Shown here: in pieces, positions 18,653 through 27,664 of the stretch
How the letters are laid out: every line of letters starts with the position of its first letter
How positions within the stretch are numbered: the first letter of the stretch is position 1
From: Chitinophagales bacterium
Lineage (GTDB): Bacteria > Bacteroidota > Bacteroidia > Chitinophagales > JADIYW01
Assembly: GCA_046329815.1 (NCBI GenBank)
Contig: JAXLTY010000003.1
Span: 18,888-82,887 of the forward strand
Direction: 5' to 3'
Length of the DNA: 64,000 bases
Notes under the pieces: generated by a model
Told to the model about the DNA's origin: nothing
What the model saw: the letters and a program-made list of their open reading frames with translations, nothing else
The model's database searches: none
Translations under genes and position numbers: made by a program

Positions 18653-19528
18653 CTAATCCACATATCTCTGCAAAATCTCGCTGTAAGCGTCAATTCGGCG
18701 GTCGCGCAGGAATGGCCAGATGCGACGAACGTTTTCAGTGCGCTGTTTGTCAATATCAATTACTGTATTTAATTCTGTATCGCTTGGTGCGTTGAATAGT
18801 AATTCGCCTTGCGGTCCGGCAACAAAACTTTGTCCCCAAAATTGTATGCCGTTCGTCACGCCGCTCCAGTCGGGCTCGTGTCCTACTCTATTCACGGTTA
18901 TCACCGGCAATCCATTCGCTACGGCATGTCCGCGCTGCACGGTTTGCCATGCGGTGAACTGCTTATTCTTTTCTTCCTGCGTATCGGTGCTTTCCCAGCC
19001 GATGGCGGTAGGATAGATTAATACTTCAGCGCCGTTGAGCGCCATGATGCGCGCCGCTTCCGGATACCATTGATCCCAGCACACCAGCACACCTAATTTG
19101 CCGACAGAGGTTTGTATTGGTTTGAAACCTAAATCGCCCGGCGTGAAATAAAATTTTTCGTAATATGCCGGATCATCCGGAATATGCATTTTTCTGTATT
19201 TGCCTGCAACAGAACCGTCTTTTTCAAAAACAACAGAAGTGTTGTGATACAAACCCGGTGCACGTTTTTCAAATAGAGACGTCACTAAAACTACTTCGTT
19301 CGTTTTTGCTGCTTCTGAAAAGAGTTGGAAAGATTCGCCCGGAATCGGTTCTGCCATATCGAACATCGCGGTTTCTTCTGCCTGGCAAAAATAAATACCG
19401 CAATGCAGTTCCTGCAACACCACCAGTTCGGCGCCTTGCACCTTACATGCTTCAATGCCGCTCAGCGTTTTTTCGATGTTCGCTTTTTTATCTGTCGAGT
19501 TTGATTGTTGTACAATGCCTACTTTCAT
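18653..19528 (-). CDS. aguB: N-carbamoylputrescine amidase (carbon-nitrogen hydrolase family)
   Basis: 'MKVGIVQQS…VVLQELH…YRKMHIPDDPAYYEKFYFTPGD…VLVCWDQWYPEAAR' gives the nitrilase-superfamily E-K-C triad context. It is adjacent to aguA. The start at M24 of the track ORF is preferred. Confidence 0.88.
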   Translation of the reverse strand: MKVGIVQQSNSTDKKANIEKTLSGIEACKVQGAELVVLQELHCGIYFCQAEETAMFDMAEPIPGESFQLFSEAAKTNEVVLVTSLFEKRAPGLYHNTSVVFEKDGSVAGKYRKMHIPDDPAYYEKFYFTPGDLGFKPIQTSVGKLGVLVCWDQWYPEAARIMALNGAEVLIYPTAIGWESTDTQEEKNKQFTAWQTVQRGHAVANGLPVITVNRVGHEPDWSGVTNGIQFWGQSFVAGPQGELLFNAPSDTELNTVIDIDKQRTENVRRIWPFLRDRRIDAYSEILQRYVD

Positions 19529-19627
19529 CTGTGTGTTTTTATTGTTTTTAATGGAGCAGATGGAATTCGCAATTATTAATTCTTGTTTGGTATGCAAATA
19601 TTCTGCTCATTTCATTGATTCTATTTT

Positions 19628-19680
19628 TTGCCTCATCCGATCTCGCCTGAGGCGAGACCAACTTCTCCAAATGGATAAGG
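19628..19680. repeat. Interspersed repeat family R3 (tgcctcatccg-hairpin-ccaacttctccaaatgga), copy 1
   Basis: A related copy is at 26879..26931. Each has an internal hairpin (tctcgcctgaggcgaga here, tctttgtctgcgacaaag there). Confidence 0.7.
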
Positions 19681-19688
19681 ATTTGAGA

Positions 19689-20741
19689 TTAATATTTATA
19701 TTGTTCTAACGCTTCAAAATTAATGCTTCCTTTCGGATATTGCATGGTGATGCAATGCAGCGAGCCATGCTGCAACAATAACGCTCTGCAATCTACTCCT
19801 TCTATTTTTTTACCTGGAAATGCTTTTTGCAATTGCGCTAATGCTTCTGCATCTTGCGGCAAGTTATATGTCGGCATCAACACCACATCATTCATGATTA
19901 AAAAATTGGCGTAGGTTGCAGGTAACCGCCGGTCGTCATCAGGCGCATACACCGCATCACACATCGGCAACGAAACTAAATTATATGGCTTACCATCTGT
20001 TGTTTTCAATGCCTGTAATTCCACTTCCATTTCTTTCAGTGGTTTATAATGTGCTTCATCGACATCAGTACATTGTACATAAGCGATCGTGTTCTGATCA
20101 CACAAGCGCGCTAAGGTATCGATGTGTGCATCCGTATCATCGCCTTCTAAATGACCATAATCTAACCAAAGCATTTGCTTTAAACCTAAGTATGTTTTTA
20201 ATTTTTGCTCAATCTCTTCTTTGCTTAAATGCGGATTACGGTTCGGTGATAATAAACAATTTGAAGTAGTTAACACTGTTCCTTTGCCATCGCTTTCAAT
20301 GCTGCCGCCTTCCAGTACTAAGTCGGCAGTTACTAATTTTTTTGAGCTGTAAACGCCTTTTTTCCAAAGTTCTTTCGTGATGAGATTGTCTTTATCCGCA
20401 CCGAATTTCAAACCCCAGCCGTTGAACATAAAATCGTAAATAATAAACTCATTGCCATGCTGAACCGTAATAGCACCGTGATCGCGTGCCCAGGTATCAT
20501 TGATCGGAATTTCGATGATGTAAATATTTGCGTCGTCTATATCGCAGATATGTTTTTTTAATTCAGATTCATTATCGCATACGATCAATAATGGCTGATA
20601 ACATGCAATTACTTTTATAATATTAATATAGCATGGAATTATTTCGTTCCAATAATCTATCCAATCAGATTGCCTGCTTGGAAACGCAATTTGAATGAGA
20701 TCTTGTGTTTCCCATTCTGCCGGTAAACGTAGAATTGACAT
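19689..20741 (-). CDS. aguA: Agmatine deiminase
   Basis: 'LRLPAEWE…TWARDHGAITV…EGGSIESDGKGT…TDAHIDTLARL…GSLHCITMQ' are the PAD_porph/agmatine deiminase signatures, including the catalytic Cys. The start at MSILRLPAEWE is preferred. Confidence 0.9.
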   Translation of the reverse strand: MSILRLPAEWETQDLIQIAFPSRQSDWIDYWNEIIPCYINIIKVIACYQPLLIVCDNESELKKHICDIDDANIYIIEIPINDTWARDHGAITVQHGNEFIIYDFMFNGWGLKFGADKDNLITKELWKKGVYSSKKLVTADLVLEGGSIESDGKGTVLTTSNCLLSPNRNPHLSKEEIEQKLKTYLGLKQMLWLDYGHLEGDDTDAHIDTLARLCDQNTIAYVQCTDVDEAHYKPLKEMEVELQALKTTDGKPYNLVSLPMCDAVYAPDDDRRLPATYANFLIMNDVVLMPTYNLPQDAEALAQLQKAFPGKKIEGVDCRALLLQHGSLHCITMQYPKGSINFEALEQYKY

Positions 20742-20793
20742 GGTGCAAAAATACGGTATTTTATTTATTGGACGCATGCTTTTAAAGCATTGA

Positions 20794-22182
20794 TCAATCC
20801 AAATCCGGTATCAGCACGGTTTCGTTATTAATCATAAATGTAAGGCGGTAATAATCAATATTAGCTGCTATCCACGGATCGATGTTTTTCCAGTCACGAA
20901 AAGTATCGTTACTAATTAACAGACAATGATGCTGTTTGACATATTTGATAATAAACACATCTGCTGATGCTTCTGCAGGCGCTTCGAGATATTCGCATTC
21001 TTTTTCCAAAACAGGCAGCAATTCTTTATCGCCAATTCTATATTTCAGTGCAGCATCCGATATTACAGTAATTTCATTAATGCCTCTATTTTTTAGGTCT
21101 TTTATCATCAATAAGATATTTGCAAATAATGGTTTGCTATCACTTTTTCCTATGCTTTTATGTGCCACATTACTGCCATCAATTACTACTTTTCGGTCGC
21201 GCAGTTTTTTTGCTTCGAAGAATTCGCCATCTGCATCATAATGACCATATTCTTTAACATTATCATTCGTTTTAAGATATTCTTTTATGGAATCTACATT
21301 ATCAAAAGCTTTTGTAAACCATGCAGGCAACTGCTGTGTGTCTTCATATCTGTACTCGTCATAGTTTTTTTCTAAAAGTTCGTTGAGTTTATTTATAGAA
21401 ACTTTTTTATCCTGCGGCAATTTGGATAACAAAATCAGCAAAACCCTTTGGTCGCAGAATTCCGCTTTTGCATGTAATGCTATAAGATCCAGGTATTTTT
21501 TAAAGTCGTCACGATCGCGAATCTGAAGCTCTGAAGCTGTTTTATATTCTTCGTAATTAACAAAACCTTTTTCCGTTCCTGACTGATAATCTGCAGCAGT
21601 ATGATATCCTTTTTCTTTTGCGATGTTATAATCTGAATTATTTTTAAATCCATTGATTCGAGCTTCTTTAAAATCGGTATAATTTTCAAAACCGTTGGTG
21701 ACGGCTTCGTTATATAACTCGAACGCATTGTTGAAATTTCCTAGCTTATTGTCACTTGCGTTTTCTGTTTTATAAGCTGTATAATCCAGAAAGTTATCGA
21801 GGAAGCCAGCTTCTTTTATTTTATCAAAGATCTCCTTTTCATTGATGCCGCATGCTTCAACTATGCTAAAATCTTTATAGGTATGGTATCCGTTTTCCTT
21901 TGCTTTATAAAAAGTTTTTGAATCCGGAAATTCAGCTTTTACAGAGTTCAGATAATCTTCTATAGTTTCAAAACCCAAATTATCCTGTTGTAAAAGTCCG
22001 CCTTTGTAACTTGCTGCAAAATGCGTAACTGCATTGTCTGCATTCAACACCAGGAATACTGTTCGAATCTGGTTGTATTCTATAAAACGGTGAAACTCCA
22101 TCATATCCTGAAACTCCATGAGGAATTCGGTATTTATCTTTTTTACTTTAAAATATCTTAATGATTTGATTGAATTTGACAT
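20794..22182 (-). CDS. NYN-domain ribonuclease (Zc3h12a/MCPIP1-type) with N-terminal G[YF]xxxxD[YF] repeats
   Basis: 462 aa. The C-terminal domain (aa ~329-445, nt 20848-21198) aligns by eye with the Zc3h12a RNase core: 'RKVVIDGSNVA', 'ADVFIIKYV', 'LLISNDTFRDW'. The central region has about 6 repeats (ENGYHTYKDF, TNGFENYTDF, INGFKNNSDY, EKGYHTAADY, EKGFVNYEEY). Confidence 0.8.
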   Translation of the reverse strand: MSNSIKSLRYFKVKKINTEFLMEFQDMMEFHRFIEYNQIRTVFLVLNADNAVTHFAASYKGGLLQQDNLGFETIEDYLNSVKAEFPDSKTFYKAKENGYHTYKDFSIVEACGINEKEIFDKIKEAGFLDNFLDYTAYKTENASDNKLGNFNNAFELYNEAVTNGFENYTDFKEARINGFKNNSDYNIAKEKGYHTAADYQSGTEKGFVNYEEYKTASELQIRDRDDFKKYLDLIALHAKAEFCDQRVLLILLSKLPQDKKVSINKLNELLEKNYDEYRYEDTQQLPAWFTKAFDNVDSIKEYLKTNDNVKEYGHYDADGEFFEAKKLRDRKVVIDGSNVAHKSIGKSDSKPLFANILLMIKDLKNRGINEITVISDAALKYRIGDKELLPVLEKECEYLEAPAEASADVFIIKYVKQHHCLLISNDTFRDWKNIDPWIAANIDYYRLTFMINNETVLIPDLD

Positions 22183-22216
22183 AGTATGTTGTTTTAAGTT
22201 TAAACCATTTTATTCT

Positions 22217-23386
22217 TTAATCTATATCTAAATATTTTTTTACAGACACAACTGTATCTTCTTTAATTTCATCCATAATTTTCGTATCCATTAAATTACT
22301 GTTTATAGCCATGAATGGAACACGATAATTCTCTTTTCCTGTTGAATTTAAATATTCATTGACAATATCCATTGTTTCCTGTTGCACCACATTTTCCGTA
22401 AAATAAAAATCATATAGTTTTTTAACCGGTATTAAACCTGCATATACTTTTACATAAGCATTATTGTTATTTATTTTCTTTATGTTCCGTATGGTATCAT
22501 TAGCATCTAATTTTACCTGTATCGCATCCTTTAAAGGCATTATCTTTTCAATAAAGAAATTCAAAATATCCGGTGAACCGTTTACACACAATTTTATCCA
22601 TTCAATATTAGTATCGTACCACTCTTTCTGTAAATCAGCAAATGAAGCACGCACGGCTTCAAGCTCCAGTGCTGAAAGACAATTTATATTCGGCAAAGAA
22701 AAAAAGAGTTCCATAACAATAGCATCATTATTTGCTGCATCAATATGATTGCTGTTTACCGGTTGTTTTGTTTTATCTGTATAATCAAAAAATTCAGGTG
22801 TTACGAAGAAAAGAAAAGGTTCTTCACTTTCTGTTTCTATATCATCGGTATTATTTTTAATATCATCGTCTTCAATTTGTTCAAATGCACATTTTAGTAT
22901 AGTGCTGCAATCATAACTATCCGGATTATTCGACCCTTCCTGTTTTTCAGTCATTACAGGCAGATAATACAATTGCTTCTTGTCTGACAATGGCTTCAAC
23001 TGAATAAAACCTAAATTTCTGGCTTGTGTTATCGTATGTTCAACATAGTAATCATATTGCGAATTGATTATCTTCTCGCCATGTTTAATTGCTATAATAA
23101 GCTTATTATTTTTATGTTTAACGGCGTTCATTCTTTTTAAGTCTGCCCTTAACTTTGTAAATATTCCTGAAGCTTCAGGATCAGAAACAGCGTAGGTATT
23201 AATAAGCGTTTTGGCTTTGGAATCAATGGTGAACCGCTTCAACATTTCTTCAAAATTGATCATACAACTGCCGCTGTCGCCTGCAGTAGTTGCATGCATG
23301 CTGAAAATATATGCTGCTCTGAATGCTATACTTTCTGTTATTGGCGGAATCTTACTTTTTAAAGTATTAAAAACAATGGCATTCAT
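22217..23386 (-). CDS. Hypothetical protein (389 aa), upstream partner of the NYN RNase
   Basis: Long AT-rich ORF on the same strand, ending 34 nt upstream of the NYN gene. It has an acidic linker (EQIEDDDIKNNTDDIETESEE). I recognise no motif. Confidence 0.6.
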   Translation of the reverse strand: MNAIVFNTLKSKIPPITESIAFRAAYIFSMHATTAGDSGSCMINFEEMLKRFTIDSKAKTLINTYAVSDPEASGIFTKLRADLKRMNAVKHKNNKLIIAIKHGEKIINSQYDYYVEHTITQARNLGFIQLKPLSDKKQLYYLPVMTEKQEGSNNPDSYDCSTILKCAFEQIEDDDIKNNTDDIETESEEPFLFFVTPEFFDYTDKTKQPVNSNHIDAANNDAIVMELFFSLPNINCLSALELEAVRASFADLQKEWYDTNIEWIKLCVNGSPDILNFFIEKIMPLKDAIQVKLDANDTIRNIKKINNNNAYVKVYAGLIPVKKLYDFYFTENVVQQETMDIVNEYLNSTGKENYRVPFMAINSNLMDTKIMDEIKEDTVVSVKKYLDID

Positions 23387-23585
23387 TCTTTAACTTTTTA
23401 GTATTTGCGTAATAAATTGTACAACGTAAATAAGACAGAAATAGTACAATTTTAATAAAAATTCTTATACATTGATTCTCTATTAAATTACTAAAGTAGT
23501 AAATTATAATATAAAATTATTGCACGAGTTAAAAATTTCCGGAAGTAACCTGATAAGATAGTAGTGAATATTTAAATCAATCCAA

Positions 23586-24920
23586 TTAAATTACAAGAGC
23601 CGCCTCCACGTTTCCGGCTTCATCGAAATCGTTCAGAGCAACAGCAACGATGTTGTTTACTTTTTCCGCGTTGTACGGAACAGCCACTTTGATATAGTTA
23701 TCTGTAAAGCCGTGCATGATATCACCTTTTTGTTCTTCTTCCAGTAATACGCTGCGCGTTTGTCCGATAAATTGTTCGTAGAAATTTCTTCGTTTCTTTT
23801 CACTTAATGTACGCAGCATCGCATTGCGTTCATTGCGCACGATCATCGGCACCGGATTTTCGATCTCAACCGCTTTCGTGTTTTGTCTTTCTGAATAGGT
23901 GAATACATGCAGGTAAGAAACATCCAACGCATGAATAAAATTATAGGTATCTAAAAAATCATCATCGCTTTCCGACGGAAAGCCAACGATCACATCTACA
24001 CCAATGCAGGCATGCGGCATTACTGCTTTAATTTTTTCTACTCTTGATTTGTATAAATCGCTTTTGTAGCGGCGCTGCATCAGCTTCAGCATCTTGTCGC
24101 TGCCACTTTGCAACGGAATATGAAAGTGCGGCATGAAGCGTTTGCTTTTCGCTACAAACTCAATGATCTCATCGGTCAGTAAATTCGGTTCGATAGACGA
24201 AATACGGAAACGTTCGATGCCTTCTACTTCGTCGAGCATTTTCACCATATCAAAGAAATTATAATCACCATCGATACCTTTACCATAATCGCCGGTATTG
24301 ACGCCTGTCAGCACAATCTCTTTTACACCTTTTGCCGCGAGATTCTTTGCATTTTTCAATACATTTTCCGGTGTGTCGCTACGGCTTTTTCCGCGCGCCA
24401 ATGGAATGGTACAAAATGAACATTTGTAATCGCAGCCGTCCTGTATTTTTAGGAAAGAACGCGTGCGGTCGCCGACAGAATACGCATCGACAAAGAAATT
24501 CGCGTTGGAAATTTCAGACGCTAATACTTGTCCGCAAGGATTTTTGGTAAGGTCGGTAATAATTTCCGGTAGTCGGAATTTTTCAGCAGCGCCTAATACC
24601 AAATCGACACCTTTGATAGACGCGATTTCTTTCGGTTTCAACTGCGCATAGCAGCCAACTACTACTACATAAGCATCCGGATTTTGCTTCATGGCTTTGC
24701 GCACCATGTTACGGCATTTGGTATCTGCCTGTTCGGTTACGGAACACGTATTAATGACATACACATCCGATGGTTCATCAAACTCAACGGTCGTGAAGCC
24801 ACGCTCCTGCATTTTGCGCGCGATGGCAGACGTCTCCGAGAAGTTGAGCTTGCAACCTAAAGTATGAAAGGCGATTTTTTTGTCGATAACCACAGCGCAA
24901 AAATACGGATTCTCTGCCAA
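23586..24920 (-). CDS. mtaB: tRNA t6A37 methylthiotransferase MtaB (radical SAM MTTase)
   Basis: 'IAFHTLGCKLNFSE' (UPF0004 domain), 'GCDYKCSFCTIP' (radical SAM CxxxCxxC) and a TRAM-like C-terminus. The exact start is uncertain. Confidence 0.85.
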   Translation of the reverse strand: MAENPYFCAVVIDKKIAFHTLGCKLNFSETSAIARKMQERGFTTVEFDEPSDVYVINTCSVTEQADTKCRNMVRKAMKQNPDAYVVVVGCYAQLKPKEIASIKGVDLVLGAAEKFRLPEIITDLTKNPCGQVLASEISNANFFVDAYSVGDRTRSFLKIQDGCDYKCSFCTIPLARGKSRSDTPENVLKNAKNLAAKGVKEIVLTGVNTGDYGKGIDGDYNFFDMVKMLDEVEGIERFRISSIEPNLLTDEIIEFVAKSKRFMPHFHIPLQSGSDKMLKLMQRRYKSDLYKSRVEKIKAVMPHACIGVDVIVGFPSESDDDFLDTYNFIHALDVSYLHVFTYSERQNTKAVEIENPVPMIVRNERNAMLRTLSEKKRRNFYEQFIGQTRSVLLEEEQKGDIMHGFTDNYIKVAVPYNAEKVNNIVAVALNDFDEAGNVEAALVI

Positions 24921-25010
24921 TTTACTTTGCTCAGCGAGTCAACTTTATGTAAAGATGCCGCGTATAATCTGAATCTGGATTTACTGGATTCGTGGATTAT
25001 TAGATTAAGT

Positions 25011-25304
25011 CCGGATGATGTTCGCGCAAATTATGATGGCGTCCGCGCAAATGATGATGGTTTCCGCGCAAATGACGATGGTCTTCGCACAAATTATGAT
25101 GGTGTCCGCGCAAATGATGATGGCGTCCGCGCGAATGATGATGGCTTCCGCTCAAATGAAGATGGTGTCCGCGCAAATGATGATGGCTTCCGCTCAAATG
25201 ATGATGGTGTCCGCGCAAATGATGATGGTCTTCGCGCAATTGATGACGGCGTCCGCTCAAATGATGATGGCTTCCGCTCAAATGATGATGGCTTCCGCGC
25301 GAAT
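25011..25304. repeat. Tandem array 2: 14 exact-length 21-bp units, consensus GATGATGGCGTCCGCGCAAAT
   Basis: Units run head-to-tail from 25011 with no length variation (25011-25031, 25032-25052, … 25284-25304). Variants are GG(C/T)(G/T/C)T(C/T)CGC. The array lies in the divergent intergenic region between mtaB and 25443..25793. Confidence 0.92.
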
Positions 25305-25442
25305 GAATTTATTCAATATTCTGTGCCAAAATAAAAATTAACATACCTTTTTATGGAATTTGGACAATTCATGTATCTATATATCGAAACATGTTTTACG
25401 TCATGGCATATTAAGCATTCTTAAACTATTTAAAGTAACAAA

Positions 25443-25793
25443 ATGATACCAGTTACCAATACCATCAAGAAATATGCTGAACATCTTGTGGCAGTACAGT
25501 TTATGGACGCCGGAATAAAGGTTTTTCAAAATATCAGCGCCTATAATGATACGTTTGATCTTATTATTAAATCAAAAACCGGCAATTATTATGATATTTT
25601 AGTAGAAGTAATCGATCACAAATTCCGTAGTGAACTCCATATTTATAAACGAAAGTATAATTTTGAGCTAAAAGACAATTATTATATAGCATTGGCAGTT
25701 TTTGATCAAGGCAAGCACGATTTTTACTTAATTCCTTTCAATGTATTTAAGAAGTCCAGCCGCACATTTACAAACATTGAATATAATCCATAG
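25443..25793 (+). CDS. Hypothetical protein (116 aa; possibly 147 aa if the in-frame TAG is bypassed)
   Basis: ORF MIPVTNTIKKYAEHLVAVQF… The frame stays open for 30 more codons after the TAG at 25791-25793 (LNHLSSWEIAARDKEAFERFAFKDIAPQLK*), up to 25886. Confidence 0.5.
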   Translation: MIPVTNTIKKYAEHLVAVQFMDAGIKVFQNISAYNDTFDLIIKSKTGNYYDILVEVIDHKFRSELHIYKRKYNFELKDNYYIALAVFDQGKHDFYLIPFNVFKKSSRTFTNIEYNP

Positions 25794-25918
25794 CTTAATC
25801 ATCTTTCCAGTTGGGAAATTGCTGCGAGAGACAAAGAAGCATTTGAGAGATTTGCTTTTAAAGATATTGCTCCACAATTAAAATAATAACAAGCCACAAA
25901 CTTGCTTCATTTATTGCA

Positions 25919-26758
25919 CTAGTCAGTCAGCGTAAGCATCAACTGCAAATTTGCAGCAGCGTTTGGTCTTGTTATTGGCGATTCCTGTATGGTGTTGGTG
26001 ATGGTATATACTTCGGTTTCCTTGTATCGCGAAGCGACAATAATATGGGTAGCGCCTGCATATTGCATAAACAAATCCATTACCAGATCAGGACAATTAT
26101 TGTGCTTAGATAAATGCGACAACAGCAAATGGCTCATAAAAGGCGGTCGGTGCGTGCGAAAAAGTTCCAGCGCCTGCGTATTCGATATGTGACCATTGCC
26201 TCCGCGTATTCGGTTCTTTAAGAAAATGGGATAGCCGCCTTCTTCCAGCATTTTTTCATCGTAATTGGTTTCCAGGAAACAGGCGTGGCACTGCCGGAAA
26301 TGATGAATGACCTGTTCGCATACTTTACCGATGTCGGTGATCACTCCGATTTTAATATCATTATAGCTGACCATAAAACTATATGGATCTGCAGCGTCGT
26401 GGAATTTTGCAAATGGCATAATGGACAGACTGCCGACACTTATTGCTTCGTTTTTTGTAAAGGTTTGCTGCAGACTCTTCTCGATATGTATGCCGGCGTT
26501 CTTCAGCGTAGCCGGTGTAACATATACCGGCAGCTTGTATTTCCTGGAAAGCACGGATGCGCCACGTATATGGTCTGTGTGCTCGTGCGAGATAAACAGC
26601 GCTTTGACGCGCGACATAGATAAGCCAAGATTTAGCATGCGTTTTTCTATTTCGCGGCAGGATATGCCTGCGTCCACCAGCACGGCATCGTGTTCATTTC
26701 CTACATAGTAACAATTGCCATTGCTGCCGGAATTGAGCGAAGTGATGTAGAGTGCCAT
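25919..26758 (-). CDS. MBL-fold metallo-hydrolase
   Basis: 279 aa with 'DAGIS…ALFISHEHTDHIRG' (HxHxDH motif). Confidence 0.85.
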   Translation of the reverse strand: MALYITSLNSGSNGNCYYVGNEHDAVLVDAGISCREIEKRMLNLGLSMSRVKALFISHEHTDHIRGASVLSRKYKLPVYVTPATLKNAGIHIEKSLQQTFTKNEAISVGSLSIMPFAKFHDAADPYSFMVSYNDIKIGVITDIGKVCEQVIHHFRQCHACFLETNYDEKMLEEGGYPIFLKNRIRGGNGHISNTQALELFRTHRPPFMSHLLLSHLSKHNNCPDLVMDLFMQYAGATHIIVASRYKETEVYTITNTIQESPITRPNAAANLQLMLTLTD

Positions 26759-26878
26759 ACTACAAAGAACGTAAAATATTTTTTAGAAAGATGGTGAGTG
26801 GGAAATTATTTTTTGGATGGGTTTATAGGTGTTGGTGCAGATGTTATAAGACTAACTCTTTTGCGATTTAGTAGTTTA

Positions 26879-26931
26879 TTGCCTCATCCGTCTTTGTCTG
26901 CGACAAAGCCACCTTCTCTAAATGGAAAAGG
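26879..26931. repeat. Interspersed repeat family R3, copy 2
   Basis: 'ttgcctcatccgtctttgtctgcgacaaagccaccttctctaaatggaaaagg' parallels 19628..19680. Confidence 0.7.
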
Positions 26932-26987
26932 GTATAGTAAGGTGGTAGTAGCTGTTAGATTGTTTAAATTTTTTATAGTAGTTTGTA

Positions 26988-27539
26988 TCAATATTTTCCA
27001 AAGCAAATCCGTACTTTATTTATCCTTCTTTGTGCATTGAAATAAAAAAGAAGTAAACTAAAATATTTTTCTTCCACAAAGTTATATGATATCACCAGTT
27101 CTTCATTACTGCTACTAGTGGATTCCGGTTTCCCATATTTATTGACTATATAAGCGGAATCCAGGTTATCTATCAGATCGTCGTTTAGTTTTATAGAACA
27201 GCCCTTATACATCATTATATAAGGGTTTGCGGATTTTTTGGTAAGTGTGTCCATCATGAAATAGTAAAAGCTCACCTCAAAGTGTTTGTTGTCGTAGAAA
27301 AATTGATTGTATGCCAAGCTCTTTGGCATTGGATGCCTGTTCTTAGGATCGAAGGAATAGGTTGAGTCCGGTTTGCCGAGTATTTTCTTTAGTTTACCGT
27401 AGGTGAACTTTTTATTTATATCTCCGAGTTTATTGGATAGGTGAATGTTTTGCGTAAAGAGATGATTGGTGAAGATAAATAAGCATATCATTACAATACA
27501 TTGCTTTATTGGGATGTTGATTTCTTTCTTGCCTGTCAT
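26988..27539 (-). CDS. Hypothetical secreted protein
   Basis: 183 aa with an N-terminal hydrophobic signal-like segment (CIVMICLFIFTNHLFTQ). No motif recognised. Confidence 0.5.
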   Translation of the reverse strand: MTGKKEINIPIKQCIVMICLFIFTNHLFTQNIHLSNKLGDINKKFTYGKLKKILGKPDSTYSFDPKNRHPMPKSLAYNQFFYDNKHFEVSFYYFMMDTLTKKSANPYIMMYKGCSIKLNDDLIDNLDSAYIVNKYGKPESTSSSNEELVISYNFVEEKYFSLLLFYFNAQRRINKVRICFGKY

Positions 27540-27664
27540 GAATACATTTTTTTATTAACGTTCAAAATCCTAGTTAAGTATGTAGTCCTGCGATAAATTA
27601 TTTGTATTGGAATTGGGTTTTATTGGTATTGCTGTGAATATTATACACCAAATCCTGATGTGTA

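Noticed and set aside
24864-25341. Track ORFs 24864..25334 (+), 25015..25341 (+) and 25000..25281 (-), which encode DDGVRAN / MMASAQM / HHHLRG heptad repeats.
   Set aside because: All three lie on the 21-bp tandem array, whose unit lacks stop codons in several frames. They are mutually overlapping, and one overlaps the mtaB start on the opposite strand. They are most simply translation artefacts of the repeat.
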